Origin: the human T2T-CHM13v2.0 reference genome, Homo sapiens
Reading direction: 5' to 3' (one strand)
Assembly: GCF_009914755.1 (NCBI RefSeq)
Contig: NC_060936.1
Length of the DNA: 64,000 nt
Positions 56,160-64,000 of the stretch are shown in pieces. Made by a program: the position numbers and the translations under genes. Each line of letters begins with the position of its first letter. The stretch's first letter is position 1. The notes beneath the pieces were generated by a model. That model did no database searches. It had not been told where the DNA came from and saw nothing but the letters and a program-made list of their open reading frames with translations.

Positions 56160-56400
56160 GATTAATAATAATGATGATAGCAACCTCCACTTATCGAGTC
56201 CTTACTATATCCTAGGCTCTGTCTTAAATGCTGTAAATGCAATATCTCACTCATTATCTATAACAACCCTGTTACAGATGAGAAATTGAGGCACAGAAAG
56301 GCTAAAGAACTTGGCCAAGGTCATGCAACTGGTAAGTGGTAGAAATGGGATTTGAATGAACCCATGTGAGTAGAGAGTATAACGCTTATACTATTATGTC
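56160..56400 (-). mobile_element. MIR
   Basis: ttacagatgagaaattgaggcacagaaaggctaagaacttggccaaggtca. Confidence 0.85.
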
Positions 56401-57019
56401 AATGGCCTCAATAGTTCAGCTATGAACATTCAACAGCTGGAAAAATAATAGTAATTACTATTATTATCATCATCACTACCACCAGTTCCAACATCATTTA
56501 TCTATTACTATTAATTATTAATTGATTCTGTACCTTCTCCCACCTCTTTCAAGAAGTTTGATCAAGGGACATGATGGGCTAAGGAGGAAGGTGCCGTGAC
56601 AGAAGGAAAAGATTTCCTAGGAAAAGCATGAGGCATGGTGCTGGGCACCTTGGAGGATGTAAATACAGGTCCCAAATTTGGGGGACTTCAAAGCCTAGTA
56701 GAAGATTTTTTCCCCTTTTCATGTGAGTGGTTTTCTAGTGAAAACTGAAAACCTGTTATATAAATTCTTTTAAAAAGCTGTAACACTTAGTAGGGAAGGT
56801 AGACAGTTAAACAAATAACCACAGCACTAAGGTATAAACTACCACAGGTAAGATACGAAATGCTATGGGGAATCAGGAAGACGGCTATTTTCAGTTAGGG
56901 GTTAACTTTATGGAGGTCTTCCTGAGGGAGGAAGACTCTGAACTAAGCATGCAAATACAGGCAAGACTGGGACATCATGCCAATGAAGAGATGTTGGAAA
57001 CAAAGCAGCCTGGACTGAG

Positions 57020-57240
57020 GCTCTTTCCTTCCTCCTCTTCCTCATTTTCTCCATCCTCCCCTCCATCTTGTCTTTCTTCCTTCTCTTTCTCCTTTCTGTT
57101 CTTATTCTTCTCTTCTTCCTCCTCCATTTCTTTCCCTTCTCTTCTTTCTTCCCTTTGTCCTTCCTTCTCCTTTCTCTTTCTCTTCTTCTTATTATTCCTC
57201 CTTTTCTTCCTTCTCTTCCTCTTCCTTCCACCTTCTCCTA
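57020..57240. repeat. CT-rich low-complexity tract
   Basis: Near-pure pyrimidine. Confidence 0.9.
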
Positions 57241-57489
57241 ATTATTTTATAATAATCAATTGACTCACCATATTAGAGAATCAGCCAAAGTCTGAGGACC
57301 TGAATGCTGGTAAGCCTTCCTTCCAGCTGTTTGCTTCACACTTCAGCCTTGGAGTGGAAATGCAACTCTAAGTGGAAATTGGGGTAAATTCTATTGCGGG
57401 TGAGGCAGCGTTTTTGTCAAGGAGGACAAAGCTTAATACCTACACTCAGGAAAGGCAATTAGAAGAATAAATCTGGTCAACCAGACCTT

Positions 57490-57680
57490 GTCACAGACCC
57501 AGCCCTGTCCTATTCTCTCTGTGTAACCTTCAGCAAAGAGCTATGCATCTGTTTCCACCTCTGTAAGATGAGGGTAAACTGGGATTCTCTCTTCACGGGG
57601 TTGTCACGAGGGTTAAATGAAATAATCGATGTGAATGTATTTAGCCTCATACCCAGCACATAGTAGATGCTAAAAAAAAG
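57490..57680 (+). mobile_element. MIR
   Basis: ggggttgtcacgagggttaaatgaaataat...cagcacatagtagatgct. Confidence 0.75.
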
Positions 57681-57694
57681 TTCACTTCCCATCT

Positions 57695-58015
57695 CCTTTA
57701 ATTAATGAATCTCTACATTTAAAATGGGGTCTGTGGCTTTGGAGCGGGAGCGAGTCATGATGGGGTTGCGCCGGCAGAAGAGATGGAAGGCAGGAGAGAA
57801 GATCGCATTTCTGATGGGGTGAAGGTGGGCAGTGTAAATCTAATTTCTTGGCAAAAGCTGCAGTTTGCCAGCCCTTTTAATGATTATTTTTATTATGGAT
57901 ACAAATTAAAAATAAACTGTGTGTCTCAATCACAGCAGGAATTAAAATTGTTCCCTAATTGTTATCTTTGAATCAATCTAGCTTCCATTAGCTTTGCTTC
58001 TCAAGGTATAATTGA
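57695..58015. promoter_or_regulatory. Candidate conserved non-coding element
   Basis: ttaattaa, taatgatta, ctaatt, attgtt motifs; retained CpGs; inference. Confidence 0.4.
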
Positions 58016-58679
58016 GGTGTGTGTGTGTGTGCGTGTGTGTGTGGGCCTGTGTGTGTGTGAGCATGCATATGTGTCTCCTTGGTTTGTGGGGAAGGCACCT
58101 TCCTCCATTTGATGCACTCCGTTGTCTTCCAAATTCCAGTTTCCTTTTTCCTTCCCCTTTGCTAAAGGCCTTGAGTGGCAGCAGAGTTGGTGAGGCTTGA
58201 ACAATAGATCCCTGTCCCTATCCCACTATCCCTAAAATTTTTGTTTCAAAAATCAACATACTTTCTATGATACTGAGGGGCATTTTTTGATTGGGTTGAA
58301 GGTGGGAGAAGAGTGATCTAAAATCAATACGTTGGAGATTGCTAAGCTCAGTTTCTTCCTGAATATAGGGCTCTAGACTGTGAATTCTCTAGACGAGAAA
58401 CAGGGCTTCTTGTTCATCTTGTTCTTGGCTATATTCCTGGCACCTAGAACAGTGTCTGGTACATGGTCAGTTCTCATTAAATATTGACTGATTCAACTCA
58501 ATCAAGCATGTTGTACTAGAAGAAAATATGCGAAATGCATAGTACACAAATAACACGATCCCTGGTATATAGATAGTGGTAGTGATCAATAACACACAGC
58601 TCCTGTTCTTTTTATCACAGATACCCAAGCTCAGATGGACCTGAGACAATTTTTCCTCTTAAATTTTATTTTAATATTT

Positions 58680-58900
58680 GCAGTCTTACTAGTTGCCACT
58701 TATCAAGCTCTTGCTATATATACTTGATGCTTTACATGTGGTATTGTGAATTCTCAGGCACTCTTACTGTACCCATTTTACAGATAAGGAAACTGAGGCT
58801 CAGAGAGATGAAATCACTTGTGCAAGCTCACACAGCTGGTAAGTGATGAGGCTGGGATTCAAACTCAGATCTGCCAGGCTCCTAAACACCTATGATCTCT
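58680..58900 (-). mobile_element. MIR
   Basis: cccattttacagataaggaaactgaggctcagagag. Confidence 0.9.
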
Positions 58901-58937
58901 CTTGCCACCATCCTTCCCTACCTTATGATCAACAACT

Positions 58938-59399
58938 ATTTATATTTTATTTTATTATTTTATATTTTTGGACACAGCATCTCTGCTGCCCAGGCTGTAG
59001 TGCAGTGGCACCATCATAGTTCACCACAGCCTCAAATTCCCGGGCTCAAGTGATTCTCCTGCCTCAGCCTCCCAAGTAAATGGGACTACAGGCACCTGCC
59101 ACCACACCCAGCTAATTTTTGTATTTTCAGTAGAGATGGGGTTTTGCCATGTTGGCCAGGCTAGTCTCAAACTCTCAATCCCAAGTGGTCCACCTGCCTT
59201 GGCCTCCCAAAGGGCTGGGACTACAGGCATGTGTCACCATGCCTGGCTAATTTTTGTTTATCTTTTTGCAGAGATGGGGCGGGGGGTGGGGTGTCTCGCT
59301 ATATTGCTCAGGTTGGTCTCGAACTCCCAGCCCAAGCAATCACCCCACCTTGGACTCCCAAGGTACTGAGATTACAGGTGTGAGCCACTATGTCCAGCC
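58938..59399 (-). mobile_element. Chimeric three-monomer Alu (AluJ plus tract copied from neighbouring Alu)
   Basis: Two internal T-rich linkers; 59054-59220 is 162/167 identical to the reverse complement of 59666-59832. Confidence 0.9.
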
Positions 59400-59579
59400 T
59401 CCCACTTATTGATTTCTTCCAAGTAAGCAAGCTAAGTATTGTTGGCCTTATTCTTCATATGAAGAAAATGAGGCCCCAAGAAAATTCTTAAGACTTGTTT
59501 GGGGGTGGGAGGTATCACATGCATGAAGACCTCGTGCTAGTGGCCAGTGTACCACGTATGCATCCTAACCAGGGCATCA

Positions 59580-59988
<409 letters not shown>

Positions 59989-60089
59989 TCATATAGAGAG
60001 ACCAGAGTGGCTGCATTGTGCTTTCAGCAAGAAACTGAGGTTGTATCACTAAGAAAGGGGTGCTTTTCCAAGTGCTACACCTGGAAAGA

Positions 60090-61240
<1,151 letters not shown>

Positions 61241-61476
61241 GCTCATTAAAAGGACACTCAGAGCAGCTCTTCTTGTGTTTTGGTATCTTGAGAATCTGTT
61301 TTGAAATGAGAAAGAAGGATCCATTCTAGCAGGGGTGCTAAAATAGACTGATGGTGTGTGAGGAGGAGGTTTGCCTAGAATACTTTATGGAACACCAGTG
61401 GATTGAGGACAGCATTCATGGCCATCATTTTAATTTGGAAAGTTTTCTATGTGCCATCATAGTTTTGGGAGTCATC

Positions 61477-62245
<769 letters not shown>

Positions 62246-62384
62246 CTATACAACCTTCTTTCTCTCGTCTCTTGGCAAATCCCTGCACCTCCTTCAGGTC
62301 TCAGTTTCAGTGTCTCATCTCACTGTTGGAGGTTTCAGAGGACATGAGATTTTCAGAGCACTGACCCCAGTATGTGATCACGTC

Positions 62385-62685
62385 TTTATTTGTTTTTTTT
62401 TGAGACGGGGATTGCTCTGTCACCCAGGCTGGAGTGCAGTGGTATGATCACAGTTCACTTGCAGCCTCAACCTCCTGGGCTCAACGCCTCCTCCCTCCTC
62501 AGCCTCCCAAGTAGCTGGGACTACAGGTGCATGCCACCATGCCCAGTTAATTTTTAAATGTTTTGTAGAGATGGGGGGGTCTCACTATGTTGCCTAGGCT
62601 GGTCTCGAACTCTTGGCCTCAAGTGATCCTCCAGTCTCAGCCTCCCAAACTGCTAGGAATACAGGTGTGAGCCACTGTGCCCAGC
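62385..62685 (-). mobile_element. AluJ
   Basis: Full reverse dimer. Confidence 0.93.
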
Positions 62686-62819
62686 ATCTAATGCTTTTTG
62701 AATGAATAAATAGATGAATGAAAGAAACCCATGTGATCTTGAATTGCCCCTCCCAGTATGGAGGAAAGAAGGCCCCGGACTTCCATTCCCCTTATCTTTG
62801 GCCAATTCCCCTTTCTGAC

Positions 62820-63089
62820 CTAGGGTCACATTATGACATTCATGGGTTCTTTTTTCCATAAAAAAATTAAAAATTATATTTTATGACTGTGTAGGTATAA
62901 ACATGAACATAATCCAGTCTAGATTCATTAATATATATACACATTATTATTATATTCATGTTTTCTTTTGATTTAAAAGAAATTGACATTAAAACATTCA
63001 ATTAACATTAAAACATTTATACGGACCCCTTGAAGTATTGTGAGCCCTAAGCACTGTGCTTCCTGTGCCTAATGGATAAGTTGGTCCCT
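62820..63089 (-). mobile_element. MER96B-like hAT relic
   Basis: gccctaagcactgtgcttcctgtgcctaatggataagttggtccct terminal motif. Confidence 0.6.
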
Positions 63090-63104
63090 TCTGACCCAAT
63101 TCCC

Positions 63105-63620
63105 TGTTCATTCATTCCTTCCTTCCTTCCTTCCTTCCTTCATTCATTCATTGAGCAAGAATTCATAGAGCAGCGTCTCAATGCAGAGACCAGCACCAGT
63201 CTTTAGCATGGGGGTGCTGGGATCCCAGACCCTGGGATCCCATCGTAGGCAGAAGTAGCCACTGTCTCCTTTTTTTCTGTCTCTGATATTCTAGTGGGGG
63301 AGATAAGCACTGAACAAGTGCAACAAGAAATAAATGTGTAAGTGATTCATACGTAATGTGTTTACACATTTATTTATAAATGTATTTATACCTTATGAAT
63401 TATAAATGATAATGTTTCACACATTTATTGTAAATTACCAAGTTCCAGTGTCTTTGGAAGGCCAAGAACAAGGAAGTGTGAGGTGGTCTGTGGGAGAAGG
63501 AGGGTTGCTTGAGGAAGACTTCCCCAGTCAGAGCTGCAAGTTAACTGTGCCGGGAGGGTGGGGAAGCGCATCCCAGGCAGAGGCCTGGCATGAGCAAGGG
63601 TCCTGAGGCAGGACACAGTA
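63105..63620 (-). mobile_element. L2 3' end remnant with (TTCC)/(TTCA) tail
   Basis: ttcattcattcattgagc; ttctagtgggggagataagc. Confidence 0.55.
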
Positions 63621-64000
63621 GAGCATCTTTGAACAACTTCTCCACCAGCTTCTTCAGCATCATCAGAAAGCCACAACCATCCCTTAGGACTTCCGGATCC
63701 TCACTTTCTCTCCAGGCCTATCCCAAACAGGTTGCAGCCTGGTCCACAAGCTCTGAGCATCAGGAGAGCCCAGGAGGGCTGGTTTGATTAGATCACTGTC
63801 AGCCAGGGACGGAGGTTAATTGCTATTCTCTTTCTGAGTCTGGCTTGGCCCAGCAGCTTTGCCCACTGCCGTGTGTGTGTGCCTGTGTGTGTGTGTCCGT
63901 GTGTCTGTGTGTCTGTAGGTCAGTTTGGCCTCGGGCTGGGCGGAGGCCGAGGGGGCTGGGGGGAGGGTTGCCCAAGATTTTTCTGTGAGTTCTGAGCCTT

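Noticed and set aside
63860-64000. TG repeat and GC-box/G-rich stretch at the window end
   Set aside because: Could begin a promoter, but it is truncated by the window edge and evidence is insufficient.

Overview
Primate, very likely human, non-coding genomic DNA (intergenic or deep intronic). The species call rests on ~30 Alus, including one with AluYg6-type diagnostics, plus L1PA, MER41A and MSTC. I find no credible protein-coding exon, tRNA or rRNA. Every ORF in the track is explained by Alu, L1, LTR or low-complexity sequence, or by chance. I cannot name the locus. About half the window is interspersed repeat (Alu, MIR, L2, L1, MaLR/ERVL/ERV1 solo LTRs, hAT MERs). Between the repeats lie an orphan CpG island (~45.4-46.0 kb) and several homeodomain/SOX-motif-rich blocks that resemble developmental enhancers. 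The most unusual feature is a concentration of locally templated copies. These are a ~440-bp inverted duplication (92% in its core) with an older third copy, a 99-bp direct duplicate, a duplicated MLT1 fragment, a 91-nt near-perfect hairpin, a three-monomer Alu that copied 167 bp from its inverted neighbour, and a micro-palindrome inside an Alu. There is also an apparent L1 3' transduction with target-site duplications (TSDs). Repeat subfamily names come from recalled consensus sequences, boundaries of old repeats are approximate, and identities were counted by hand.
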